Source: Maridesulfovibrio sp.
GTDB lineage: Bacteria > Desulfobacterota > Desulfovibrionia > Desulfovibrionales > Desulfovibrionaceae
DNA length: 64,000 bases
Direction: 5' to 3'
Assembly: GCF_963677005.1 (NCBI RefSeq)
Contig: NZ_OY781616.1
Span: forward strand, 2,040,766-2,104,765
Positions within the stretch are counted from its first letter, which is position 1. Every line of letters begins with the position of its first letter. The translations under genes were made by a program, and so were the position numbers. This document shows positions 18,585 through 27,835 of the stretch, in pieces. The notes under the pieces were generated by a model. The model did no database searches, was not told where the DNA came from, and was given only the letters and a program-made list of their open reading frames with translations.

Positions 18585-19577
18585 ATGTTTCAACGGTTGA
18601 AAACAAAAATATTACTTTTCCTTATTACAGCATTCCTGCTTTGTCCCTTTCCCTGCCTTGCCGGGGAAGAGCAGGTAATTGTGTTCATCCCGAAAGCGAC
18701 ACTTCCGCATTTCTGGAGGACTGTGTGCATGGGGGCGCACACAGCGGTAAGCGACAGCAATACAAGGATTATATGGCGTGGCCCCAGAGTGGAGAACAAA
18801 TCCGATGCCCAGAAACACCTGATTGAATTCTATACAGCGAAACATGTGGACGCTATGGTGATCGCTCCGGCCCACAAAAACAGACTCAACGAAAGTATCG
18901 ACAAAGCCATCAAGGCCGGCATCAAAGTCGTAATAGTAGACTCCAGAACATCAGCCAACCGTCAAGACAGCCTTATTGCCACGGACAATTATCAGGCGGG
19001 AAGAATAGGTGCAAAAATTCTGCTGGAAAAGACGAAAGGGAAAGGATCGCTTCTGCTTATGGGCAATGTTCCGGACAATGGTTCCATATCCGACAGGGAG
19101 CAGGGATTCATAGATGCCGTCCACGAATTATCGCCGGGCACCACGGTTATAAAGCTGAACACTCAGGAAGGAACCAGAATGGAGGCCCAGCTTGCTGCGG
19201 AGGAAATACTGCAAAGCAGTATTCCGCTGTCCGGAATATTTTCCGACAGCGAAGTTTCCTCGGAAGGAGTCCTGTACGCGCTGAAAAAACTCGGCATCAC
19301 GGGCATACCGTTTGTTGCCTTCGATTACACCGAGGAACTGCTTTCGGCCCTGAAGACCGGGCTTGTAGACGTTGTAATCGCCCAGACTCCATTTGCCATG
19401 GGTTATATGGGCGTACGCACGGCAATGGAACTGCTGGAGGGAAAAGAGGTGCCCGCCACAATGAAATGCCCGATAAAAATACTTACCAGAGAAAATATAG
19501 ACCGCAATGAAATCCTGCGCTGCCTGCGCAAAGCCGATGAGGAGGAAAAAGCGGCCTGCCCTATCTGCTTCAACTGA
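18585..19577 (+). CDS. Periplasmic sugar-binding-type (RbsB/LacI-fold) solute-binding protein, orphan
   Basis: The ATG at 18585 gives the signal peptide MFQRLKTKILLFLITAFLLCPFPCLA. Type I PBP-like segments follow (VVIVDSR, GFIDAV, VAFDY). There are no ABC permease or ATPase genes nearby. Confidence 0.65.
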   Translation: MFQRLKTKILLFLITAFLLCPFPCLAGEEQVIVFIPKATLPHFWRTVCMGAHTAVSDSNTRIIWRGPRVENKSDAQKHLIEFYTAKHVDAMVIAPAHKNRLNESIDKAIKAGIKVVIVDSRTSANRQDSLIATDNYQAGRIGAKILLEKTKGKGSLLLMGNVPDNGSISDREQGFIDAVHELSPGTTVIKLNTQEGTRMEAQLAAEEILQSSIPLSGIFSDSEVSSEGVLYALKKLGITGIPFVAFDYTEELLSALKTGLVDVVIAQTPFAMGYMGVRTAMELLEGKEVPATMKCPIKILTRENIDRNEILRCLRKADEEEKAACPICFN

Positions 19578-19578
19578 T

Positions 19579-20919
19579 TCAAGCCCCCCACCGTTCAATA
19601 TACCGGTCCACATCAAATTTTCTGCGACAGCCCTTCTCATTCATATATCTTACGGAACCGAATACCGGACGTTTCTTCCACGGCCGGTCATGCAATCCCG
19701 CAATGGACCACAGCGCGCCGACGTATCCGTTGGGATCACGCCCGTCCAGAGCATAACGGTCATTAAGCATATTAACGGTATCAAGCGCCGCTTCCGGCGA
19801 TGCCGACCATTCAAGCACTTTCTTGGCCCAGTACATACGCATGTATCCGTGCATGCTTCCACTGCGCAGGAGTTGATTCTGCGCGGCATTCCAAAGGGCG
19901 GAATGTGTTGCCGCGCGCTCGAATTCGTCCTGCGAATAAACATAGCTGCGTGAATCTCCGGTGCATTCTCCGAGAGTCTTCAGTGCCCATTCCGGGGCGG
20001 CTTCCAGAGAATCATATGCCGGCGAGTGCAGGCAGAAATTATCCGAAAGTTCCCTGCGCACAACAAGCTCCTCCAGATACGCTTCCTGATTCATACCCAC
20101 CCCGCTGTGCGCAACTTCAAATGCCGCACGCTGCGGAGCAAGCTGCCCGAAATGGAAATAAGGAGACAACCCTGAAACAGCATCTGCATTAGGGTCGTTA
20201 CGCTGCTCCGCATAATAAGAAAGCTGCTTCGAAATAAATCCTTCCAGCCGGTTACGCGCGGCACTCTCCCCCGGAACCAGCGATACAGGGCCAACGCCCC
20301 GATCCACATCAATATAATCCCGCGCCGCCCCCCAATCAGTTCTGGCGATCGGTAAAGACTCTCCCCGCATGGGAAGAAGATCGGGAAAATCTGTCAGAAA
20401 TTCCGGCAGAAGTTTTTGAACCTTCGGCCGGAATGTCCGGGCCGCATATTCACGTTTATCACTTACAAATCTGGCCGGGACCACGTTATGCCCGTCCACC
20501 TCCAGAAGCGAAATTTCCAGCTGTTTCGCAATACGTCCCTGCCATTGCCGTTTTATACGCAGGGGGTCGAAGTCGGTAACGATCAACCCGGCTCCGATTT
20601 CGCCTGCCAGTGCCGGGATTTCCGATTCAGGATTACCCGTTCGCAACAGAAACGGTATTCCCAGTTCAGCCAGGGAGGATTCCACTTCCTCAAGGCCGCG
20701 GAGCATGAAGTCGTAATGCCGCAGAGCGGCTCCGGGATATGATTTCATAAGGCAGAACACGACCGCAAGCTGACGGGATTCACCGGCCGCAAACCGGGCA
20801 TGCAGCAGTCCCCAGTTGTCACGCACGCGCTGTTCCCGGCTCATCCAGTACACAACAGGACCGACGGTATCACCTGCACGATTCAGGGCATATATTCTGC
20901 GACTGTCTATATGTTTCAT
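19579..20919 (-). CDS. phr: Class II CPD deoxyribodipyrimidine photolyase
   Basis: 446-aa ORF with an N-terminal photolyase alpha/beta domain. The C-terminal FAD-binding region has MHGYMRMYWAKKVLEW and GYVGALWSIAGLHDRPW. Confidence 0.9.
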   Translation of the reverse strand: MKHIDSRRIYALNRAGDTVGPVVYWMSREQRVRDNWGLLHARFAAGESRQLAVVFCLMKSYPGAALRHYDFMLRGLEEVESSLAELGIPFLLRTGNPESEIPALAGEIGAGLIVTDFDPLRIKRQWQGRIAKQLEISLLEVDGHNVVPARFVSDKREYAARTFRPKVQKLLPEFLTDFPDLLPMRGESLPIARTDWGAARDYIDVDRGVGPVSLVPGESAARNRLEGFISKQLSYYAEQRNDPNADAVSGLSPYFHFGQLAPQRAAFEVAHSGVGMNQEAYLEELVVRRELSDNFCLHSPAYDSLEAAPEWALKTLGECTGDSRSYVYSQDEFERAATHSALWNAAQNQLLRSGSMHGYMRMYWAKKVLEWSASPEAALDTVNMLNDRYALDGRDPNGYVGALWSIAGLHDRPWKKRPVFGSVRYMNEKGCRRKFDVDRYIERWGA

Positions 20920-20963
20920 TCTCAGCCTCGAAATAAACAGTATTACGGATAAGCTTTACCCGA

Positions 20964-21956
20964 TCAAACGTGGTTGCGCAGCATCAGTTCAACGGGAAAC
21001 GGATTGAGATAATACTGTTTTTTCAGATAATCCTTGCCATGTTTCCGCACATGATGGTTGAGCAGGGCAATTGGTACAATAAGTGGAACAAGCCCGCAAC
21101 GATACTGCTCTATCACTTCTTTCAGCTCCGCCTTTTCATCGGAACTGATATCCTTTTTGAAATATCCCATAGCATGATCCAGAACATTTACATGCTTCTT
21201 TGCCGTGGGCATAAAATTCAACGCCTTTAAAAGCAGTTCCAGATACTGTGCTTCCATAACCTCAGGCGCCATTGTTCCGGTGGACGCGACAAGCCGGCCC
21301 ATTTCCCGGTATATTTTCTCGTTATGAGCCAGAACCAGCATTTTGTGCCGCGTATGAAAATCCACGACCGCGCCTCTTTTAACTCCTTTATCAACTTCTA
21401 CGGTCACATCTCCGGCAACGGCATCCTTCCAGCGCTTGAGGGTGAAGATTCGCGTTATGAAATTTTCCCTTATGCGAGCATCATGCAGCCTGCCGTCATC
21501 CTCGCAGGGCATCCATGGAAAACGCTCCATGACCATGGCAGCCCATATGCCCCGGCCAGTATACAGAACCCTTCCGTTTTCCTGAAAGACCTTCATCCGC
21601 CCCATTGCATTTGAGGGAGACCCGTGTTTGAAAATATATCCGCAAAGCCCCTCTTTTTCCAATGCATCCAGCCGCGTCCAGCCCCATTCAGTCATACGCT
21701 CGGTCCAATCCTCACCGGATCTGCGCCCGACCAGCCTCGGGGCCGAGACATCACCTGCAAGGCGCAGAGCCTCCCTAGGAACAGTCATTCCGCATTCAAC
21801 TTCAGGACAGACAGGAACCCACTCCACATACTGTCCTAAAACGTCCCGCAGATATGTATCAAGCTTGTGTCCGCCATCATAGCGGACATTTTCCCCAAGA
21901 AGGCATCTGGCTATTCCCAGTTTTATTCTGGCGTCTCCGCTGCTGTTTTCTCCCAT
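20964..21956 (-). CDS. DUF523 (TudS-like 2-thiouracil desulfurase fold) fused to DUF1722 (YbgA-like)
   Basis: The start is at 21956 (MGENSSGD...). The N-terminal half has CLLGENVRYDGGHK and VPVCPEVECGMTVPRE, which are DUF523 Cys motifs. The C-terminal half is helical and YbgA-like. It lies directly upstream of phr on the same strand. Confidence 0.75.
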   Translation of the reverse strand: MGENSSGDARIKLGIARCLLGENVRYDGGHKLDTYLRDVLGQYVEWVPVCPEVECGMTVPREALRLAGDVSAPRLVGRRSGEDWTERMTEWGWTRLDALEKEGLCGYIFKHGSPSNAMGRMKVFQENGRVLYTGRGIWAAMVMERFPWMPCEDDGRLHDARIRENFITRIFTLKRWKDAVAGDVTVEVDKGVKRGAVVDFHTRHKMLVLAHNEKIYREMGRLVASTGTMAPEVMEAQYLELLLKALNFMPTAKKHVNVLDHAMGYFKKDISSDEKAELKEVIEQYRCGLVPLIVPIALLNHHVRKHGKDYLKKQYYLNPFPVELMLRNHV

Positions 21957-22132
21957 ACCTGCTCCTTTAGATATTAAAAACAATTCGGGATAATGTAACA
22001 CTTTTCCCCGGCCATAAACAACTGTTCACTGATCGACAGAGCAGCCTTTTTAGAAATTACGATGACAAAATACCCCGCATCGGTATACAATGAATCAATC
22101 CCTCAACACGAAGCTAAAGCACCGGACGCTCT

Positions 22133-25066
22133 ATGCAGGACTCTGAAACACTAAAATCCCAATTATCGCAAAGCGAAATTAAATTTCGTACTCTTTTTGA
22201 TTCTCTGGAAGATTCCGTAATCATGTACGAAGTACTCCCGGACGGCAGCAGAGGACTGATCAGGGATGTGAACAAGGCCGCCTGCAACAGGCTGGGGTAT
22301 TCACGGGATGAACTGCTCGGCATGACGGTAATGGATCTTGACACTCCGGAATCCGAGACGTGGAAAACCCCGGTCGAAGTCAGATATGCCGCCGGACCGG
22401 CTCTTTTTGAGGCCTCTCACCATGCCAAAAACGGCACCCTCATTCCGGTGGAAATCAACGCAAGAAAATTCATGTATGAAGGTCAGGAGATGATCCTGGC
22501 CATCTGCCGTGACATAAGAGCACGCAAGGAAGCGGAAAAAGTTAAGGAAAGACATCTTGCCACTCTGGAAGCGGAGGTGGAAAAAAGAACTGCAGCCCTG
22601 AGGACAATAAACAACACTCTAAGAACTCAGGCAAAAGAAAGAAAAATAGCAGAGCGTAAGGCAGTACAGGCGGAGAATAATCTCCGGGGGCTTATTGATG
22701 CCAGCCACCAGTCCATTTTCATGGTCGATCCGGACGGAGTTGTTTTATACGTAAACAAAACAGTCGCCGACAATCTGGGCTCAACTCCGGAACAGATGGT
22801 GGGAACAAACATTTATGACTATATTGCACCGGATCTTGCCGCCGCCAGAAAACAGAAACTCACTCAGGCTGTAAGAAGTGGAGAAATTATCAAATTCAAC
22901 GACAAACGGAATGAAAGTCATATTTTCCACACCATCTACCCGATAATTGAAAAAAACAGCGTAACAAGAGCTGCTGTCTATGCCGAAGACCTGAGTGAAA
23001 AACTTAGCACGGAACTGAAACTGGAACAGTCCAGACATATCCGCTCTGTTCTATACGATATCCTGAGCCACTCCCAATCTACCGACAATCTGGAGGAACT
23101 CCTCGCTTCCATCCATCAGATCATGATTAAGGAACTGCGGGCCGATAATTTCCATGTCGCTCTCATTGACGAAAATCGCCGGCAACTGACTTTCGAATAC
23201 TGCTTTGACAAAATTTCAGTCTCCTGCCCGTCCATCCGAGACATAGACGATCCGGACAACAGGCAACTTCCCCTTCTTCCCCTCCGGAAAAACAGGATAA
23301 CCCAATTGGAAAAGGCTGAAATCCTGGCTATGCAGGAAGAAAGGGTAATCGATGTTCCCACCACGGAAATTCCGGAAGTATGGCTCGGCGTTCCCATGAA
23401 AATACGCGGAACCACGATAGGGACTCTGATCGTCCAGCATTATGACCGCTGCGACAAATATACGGATGAGGACCTAAAACTGTTTGAGGCCTGCTCGGAC
23501 CAGATAGCCATAGCAATTGAAAGAAAAAAATACGACTCGGCCATAAAGGAAAGCGAACAGCAGTTCAGGGCTCTTTACGAAGAAAACAACTCCGTAATGT
23601 TCATAATAGACCCGACCGACGGACAAATACTGGCAGCAAACAGTGCTGCCGAAAAAATGTACGGAATGCCGCGGACGGAACTATGCAGCAAATTCATCTA
23701 CGAACTTAACACCATGAGCAGGGCTGAAGTAAATGCGGCCATGACCAGAGCCAGGGAAAAAAACCAGCGGAGCTTCATTTTCAAACACCGTATCTCCGGT
23801 GGAGAGGTACGGGACGTGGAGGTGTTCTCCGGTCCTTTCCAGTTCAAAGGGGAAACCAGACTCATTTCCATTGTGCTGGACATTACGGACCGGCTTAAAA
23901 ACGAAAGGGAGTTGTCCAGAGCAAAGGAAAATGCAATTGCCGCCAACAAGACCAAAGATGAATTTCTGGCCAACATCAGCCATGAGATAAGAACTCCCCT
24001 GAACGGAGTGATGGGCATGCTTCAGCTGCTGCAGCGTGCCGCCATGCCTGAAGATCAGGCAAACAGTATTAATATCGCCCTGCAATCCTCACGCAACCTG
24101 CTGCGGGTGCTGGACGACATCCTTGACCTCTCCAAGATGGAAGCCGGCACACTGATTCTCATCAAATCCGCATTCTCGCTTAAAGGACTGCTGGACGAAT
24201 GCGTGAACCTTTTCGATTTCCAGGCCAGAGACAAAGGCATCGCCCTGACCTGCGAGATGAAGATAGATGAGGATATGGATTACGTTGGTGACGAGGGAAG
24301 ACTCAGGCAGGTGATCTTCAATATTCTGGGAAACGCACTCAAATTTACCGAGACCGGTTCTGTCCGCATTGAAGTTGAGACTCTTCCGGAAATGACCCCG
24401 GACAAAAGGATGCTTCATTTCCGCATAACCGATACCGGGATAGGGATTCCGGACGACAAGCTGGATACGATTTTCGAATCCTTCACTCAGGTCGACGGTT
24501 CTCTTTCCAGACGTTACAAAGGTGCAGGGCTGGGGCTTTCCATTGTAAAAAGGCTTGTAGGACTCATGGACGGCTCCATAAACATCACAAGTGAACTGGG
24601 CCGCGGAACATCCATCAGCGTAAAAATCCCGGTCGGAACTGCTCCCGGCAAAAAGGAAAAACAGACAGAGGGCTCCGTTTCACCGGCAGCTCCGATGAAA
24701 ATAATGCTGGTGGAGGACGAAATGGTAAACAGGATGATGGCCCGGCGCATACTGGAACAGATGGGACACGAAATAGTCTGTGCGGAAAACGGGCAGGAGT
24801 GCCTGAGAATGCTGGCAGAGAACAAAGTGGATGTAATCCTGATGGACATTCAGATGCCGGTAATGAACGGACTTGAAGCCGCCAGAAAAATCCGGCAGGA
24901 AGAAGCCTACCGAGTTTTCAGTGATATTCCGATCGTGGCCCTGTCCGCGCACGCCAACGCCGAAAGCCGCCGGAAAGCGGAGAAAAGCGGAATGAACGGT
25001 TATATCTGCAAACCCTTTGAGTGGGATGAACTCGAAAGAGCCCTGCGGGACGTAGATCCCCGCTGA
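22133..25066 (+). CDS. Hybrid sensor histidine kinase (PAS-PAS-GAF-PAS-HisKA-HATPase-REC)
   Basis: The H-box is FLANISHEIRTPLNGVMGML, the N-box is NILGNALKFT, and the G-boxes are DTGIGIP and GAGLGLSIV. The receiver has ILMDIQMPVMNG. No TM segments are present. Confidence 0.9.
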   Translation: MQDSETLKSQLSQSEIKFRTLFDSLEDSVIMYEVLPDGSRGLIRDVNKAACNRLGYSRDELLGMTVMDLDTPESETWKTPVEVRYAAGPALFEASHHAKNGTLIPVEINARKFMYEGQEMILAICRDIRARKEAEKVKERHLATLEAEVEKRTAALRTINNTLRTQAKERKIAERKAVQAENNLRGLIDASHQSIFMVDPDGVVLYVNKTVADNLGSTPEQMVGTNIYDYIAPDLAAARKQKLTQAVRSGEIIKFNDKRNESHIFHTIYPIIEKNSVTRAAVYAEDLSEKLSTELKLEQSRHIRSVLYDILSHSQSTDNLEELLASIHQIMIKELRADNFHVALIDENRRQLTFEYCFDKISVSCPSIRDIDDPDNRQLPLLPLRKNRITQLEKAEILAMQEERVIDVPTTEIPEVWLGVPMKIRGTTIGTLIVQHYDRCDKYTDEDLKLFEACSDQIAIAIERKKYDSAIKESEQQFRALYEENNSVMFIIDPTDGQILAANSAAEKMYGMPRTELCSKFIYELNTMSRAEVNAAMTRAREKNQRSFIFKHRISGGEVRDVEVFSGPFQFKGETRLISIVLDITDRLKNERELSRAKENAIAANKTKDEFLANISHEIRTPLNGVMGMLQLLQRAAMPEDQANSINIALQSSRNLLRVLDDILDLSKMEAGTLILIKSAFSLKGLLDECVNLFDFQARDKGIALTCEMKIDEDMDYVGDEGRLRQVIFNILGNALKFTETGSVRIEVETLPEMTPDKRMLHFRITDTGIGIPDDKLDTIFESFTQVDGSLSRRYKGAGLGLSIVKRLVGLMDGSINITSELGRGTSISVKIPVGTAPGKKEKQTEGSVSPAAPMKIMLVEDEMVNRMMARRILEQMGHEIVCAENGQECLRMLAENKVDVILMDIQMPVMNGLEAARKIRQEEAYRVFSDIPIVALSAHANAESRRKAEKSGMNGYICKPFEWDELERALRDVDPR

Positions 25067-25163
25067 ATCAGTTGTTGTATTGACATAAACTCGGTTTCAA
25101 AGGCATTTATCCTGTCTGGCGGATGATAAAATAACAGGATAAACCAAGAATGGAGCGGGATAG

Positions 25164-25547
25164 ATGCCTAACTACGCAGATATTTTCAACCGGGAGATGC
25201 TGGATGAACTTTTTCCGGCAACCAGAACAGACGAATTCTTTGAAGCTCTTTTCGGTGACGCCGAGGACGGAAGCTACGATATTTCGCTAAGCTACAAAGG
25301 AGAATCCGAAAACGGGGTTGACTTTGAGCTTCAACTCAGACAGCGCCCGGGCTGCTGCCTGGCCTGCAATCTGACCTACGGGCTGCCGCAGGTCTTTTCG
25401 CGCCACCCTATCATTAATATTCAGGGAATGGCTCAAAAGATCGGCGAAGCTCTGGGAAGGCCGGAAAACGTTTCCTGGCAGTTGGGTGCTACCAGAGAAA
25501 TGAGCAGAGAGTTGCATGTAATACCTCTTTCGGTAAGACTGGACTGA
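25164..25547 (+). CDS. Conserved-looking hypothetical protein (127 aa)
   Basis: The ORF is compact and has a GGAG-type RBS. I recognised no domain. It contains a CCLAC motif and is followed by a terminator. Confidence 0.55.
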   Translation: MPNYADIFNREMLDELFPATRTDEFFEALFGDAEDGSYDISLSYKGESENGVDFELQLRQRPGCCLACNLTYGLPQVFSRHPIINIQGMAQKIGEALGRPENVSWQLGATREMSRELHVIPLSVRLD

Positions 25548-25589
25548 GCAACGTACCGGAATCTATTTCCGTGGAAGACGAAATGTTAC

Positions 25590-25627
25590 GGCCGGACTTC
25601 TGCACTCGTGGAGTCCGGCCTGATTTT
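25590..25627 (+). terminator. Rho-independent terminator
   Basis: GGCCGGACT (25590-25598) pairs with AGTCCGGCC (25612-25620), followed by TGATTTT. Confidence 0.5.
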
Positions 25628-25741
25628 CACCCGGCAACAGTTATAATTGAAAATTCAGTAGGAACAGGGCTGAATAAGGTTGAATCATACCCTCTGAGCC
25701 TGTAGTATTGGTAGGGCTGTTTGTTTTTTCAGGAGCGGGGA

Positions 25742-26833
25742 ATGTTTGAAAATTTAAGATACGGTATATTTTCCAACAATTCAAAACATGTCTCAAATGA
25801 CAGATTGGCGCTGGTCGGTCTTGGAGCGACCGAGATCAGCGTGTATTCTTCTTGGGAAAAAGCCTCCGCCGGCCTGAAGGAAAATGCCATCGATGTGGCT
25901 CTGGTGGATGAGGATCTGCATGATATAAACGGCTTCGCCTGCCTGAAAAACCTGAAGCGCCAGGCTTCAAGGTCACTCCCTGTAATCATGGTAACTACCG
26001 ACCAGCGCAAGGATTCGGTTCTGAATGCGATTTCCGGAGGCTGCGGAGGATACGTTCTGCGTCCATACAGCATGGAAACAATGAAACGGCATCTCTATGC
26101 AGCTTACATGAGCGCTACGCCGGATGAAATTGAACGTGAACTGCTGAGCGCATCATGGGAAATGGTTTCGAACGGAAGTTTTGACGAGGCCATAACCGGA
26201 TTCGAAGAAATTGTAGAGGAACTCGCCGAAGCCCAAAAGAACCCGGCAGAAGAATATTTCGAAAAAGGCCTGAACTATCTCTCGCAGGAAAAATACGGCA
26301 AGGCCATCATCGCCTTCAACAAAGCCATAGCTCTGAACGAAATGTACGCCGAAGCGTATAAGGGCATGGCCGACGCCTATAAAGGCAAAGGCGATATGGA
26401 CAACTATCAGGAGTTCCTGACCAGAGCTGCCGACATTTACGCAATTCAGGACAATCTGGATAATGTGAAGGAACTTTTCATCGAAATTCTGCAGAACGAG
26501 CCGGAAGCGGTAAACCCGTTCAACCGTCTGGGGGTGAAGCTGCGGAAAGAGGGCGACTACAACGGCGCCATCAGGGCCTACCATCAGGCCTGCACCTTCA
26601 CTCCAAATGATGCCAACCTCTATTACAACATGGCCAGAGCCTATACGTACTCCAAGGATTATGAAAGCGCCCTGAACTATACGGAACTTTCATTGCGCCT
26701 TGATTCGTCGCTTGAACCGGCCAAGGCCCTGCACAGCCAGATCATCAGGATAATGGAAAAAGAGCAGAGCAAACCCGGACCTTCCACTCCGGCTTCCGGC
26801 AGCGAAAAGGTAATTATCGACAACGGAGACTGA
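25742..26833 (+). CDS. Atypical receiver domain fused to TPR repeats
   Basis: The ATG at 25742 is preceded by AGGAG. The receiver-like N-terminus keeps the Asp of ALVDEDL and the Thr of IMVTTD. TPR repeats fill the C-terminal half (YAEAYKGMADAYKGKGD, AIRAYHQACTFTPNDANLYYNMARAY). Confidence 0.8.
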   Translation: MFENLRYGIFSNNSKHVSNDRLALVGLGATEISVYSSWEKASAGLKENAIDVALVDEDLHDINGFACLKNLKRQASRSLPVIMVTTDQRKDSVLNAISGGCGGYVLRPYSMETMKRHLYAAYMSATPDEIERELLSASWEMVSNGSFDEAITGFEEIVEELAEAQKNPAEEYFEKGLNYLSQEKYGKAIIAFNKAIALNEMYAEAYKGMADAYKGKGDMDNYQEFLTRAADIYAIQDNLDNVKELFIEILQNEPEAVNPFNRLGVKLRKEGDYNGAIRAYHQACTFTPNDANLYYNMARAYTYSKDYESALNYTELSLRLDSSLEPAKALHSQIIRIMEKEQSKPGPSTPASGSEKVIIDNGD

Positions 26834-26845
26834 TCGGGCAGCAGG

Positions 26846-27340
26846 TCAGGACGGGCAGACAATTCCTTCCAGTTCAAGCAGTTTCCGCTTAAGATCCAGT
26901 CCCATAGCGAATCCGGTAAGACTTCCGTTTGAGCCCACCACGCGGTGACACGGTATTATCAGGGGCAACGGATTCTTCGAATTAGCAGCCCCCACAGCCC
27001 TGAAGGCCTTCGCCTTGCCTATATTTTCCGCCACTTCCCTGTACGTCCTTGTTTCTCCCCATGGAATGCGGCACAACTCCGCCCAGACCATTTTCTGGAA
27101 ATCAGTCCCCTCCGGGGCAATTTCAAGATCAAAATTCCTGCGTTCACCGGCAAGATACTCGTTTATCTGGCGCACGGCCTCCTTGAACATGGAGTCGTCT
27201 CTGATCCAATGGTCGGGAATTTCGATCGGTCCGGCCCCGCTGCCGGTATTCAAGTGCAGGGAAGTCAGACTTTCTCCGTTTCCGGAAACGACAACTTCAC
27301 ATAGAGAAGTAGTGAACCTGCTGTAATATATATTCTTCAT
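26846..27340 (-). CDS. ogt: Methylated-DNA-protein-cysteine methyltransferase
   Basis: The active site IIPCHRVV is present. The ATG at 27340 is preceded by AGGAG. Confidence 0.9.
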   Translation of the reverse strand: MKNIYYSRFTTSLCEVVVSGNGESLTSLHLNTGSGAGPIEIPDHWIRDDSMFKEAVRQINEYLAGERRNFDLEIAPEGTDFQKMVWAELCRIPWGETRTYREVAENIGKAKAFRAVGAANSKNPLPLIIPCHRVVGSNGSLTGFAMGLDLKRKLLELEGIVCPS

Positions 27341-27481
27341 CAAAATCTCCTGCAATGACATACCGCCGGTTTTCATTTAAGCTATCGCACCGTACGGCTT
27401 ACACAATTTTTATAACCTGCAGCAAAAAAGCACTGCTGTTGCTCCACGCGCAGCAACTTAAAACAAAATACGGAGAACACC

Positions 27482-27790
27482 ATGATAATTCTCACCGCGA
27501 CAGTTCAGGCTGCGCAAGGAAAAGAAAAAGACCTTGAGGATATCCTGAGGGAACTGGTCAGAAAAACGGCCAGCGAAAAAGGCGCTGTTGAATACCGGCT
27601 GCACAAGGTTGCCGGAGTTACCGGGAAATACCGCTTCATTGAAAAATTCAAGGATCAGGCCGCGTTTGACTTACATTCGGGTTCGGATCACTTCAAAAAA
27701 CTGGGAGCCGCAATGGAACCGTTTGTGATCGAGAATGAACTTGAGATGCTGGAACTGCTGGACTCCATTCCAGAAAACCAATCGAAATAA
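27482..27790 (+). CDS. ABM-domain (antibiotic biosynthesis monooxygenase-like) protein
   Basis: 102-aa ORF with the typical ferredoxin-like ABM layout (EPGCxxY-type segment GAVEYRLHK; FIEKFKDQAAFDLH). Confidence 0.7.
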   Translation: MIILTATVQAAQGKEKDLEDILRELVRKTASEKGAVEYRLHKVAGVTGKYRFIEKFKDQAAFDLHSGSDHFKKLGAAMEPFVIENELEMLELLDSIPENQSK

Positions 27791-27835
27791 TGTAAGAACA
27801 TATTACATTTTCCGGTACGCGTTCGCTGAAAAATT

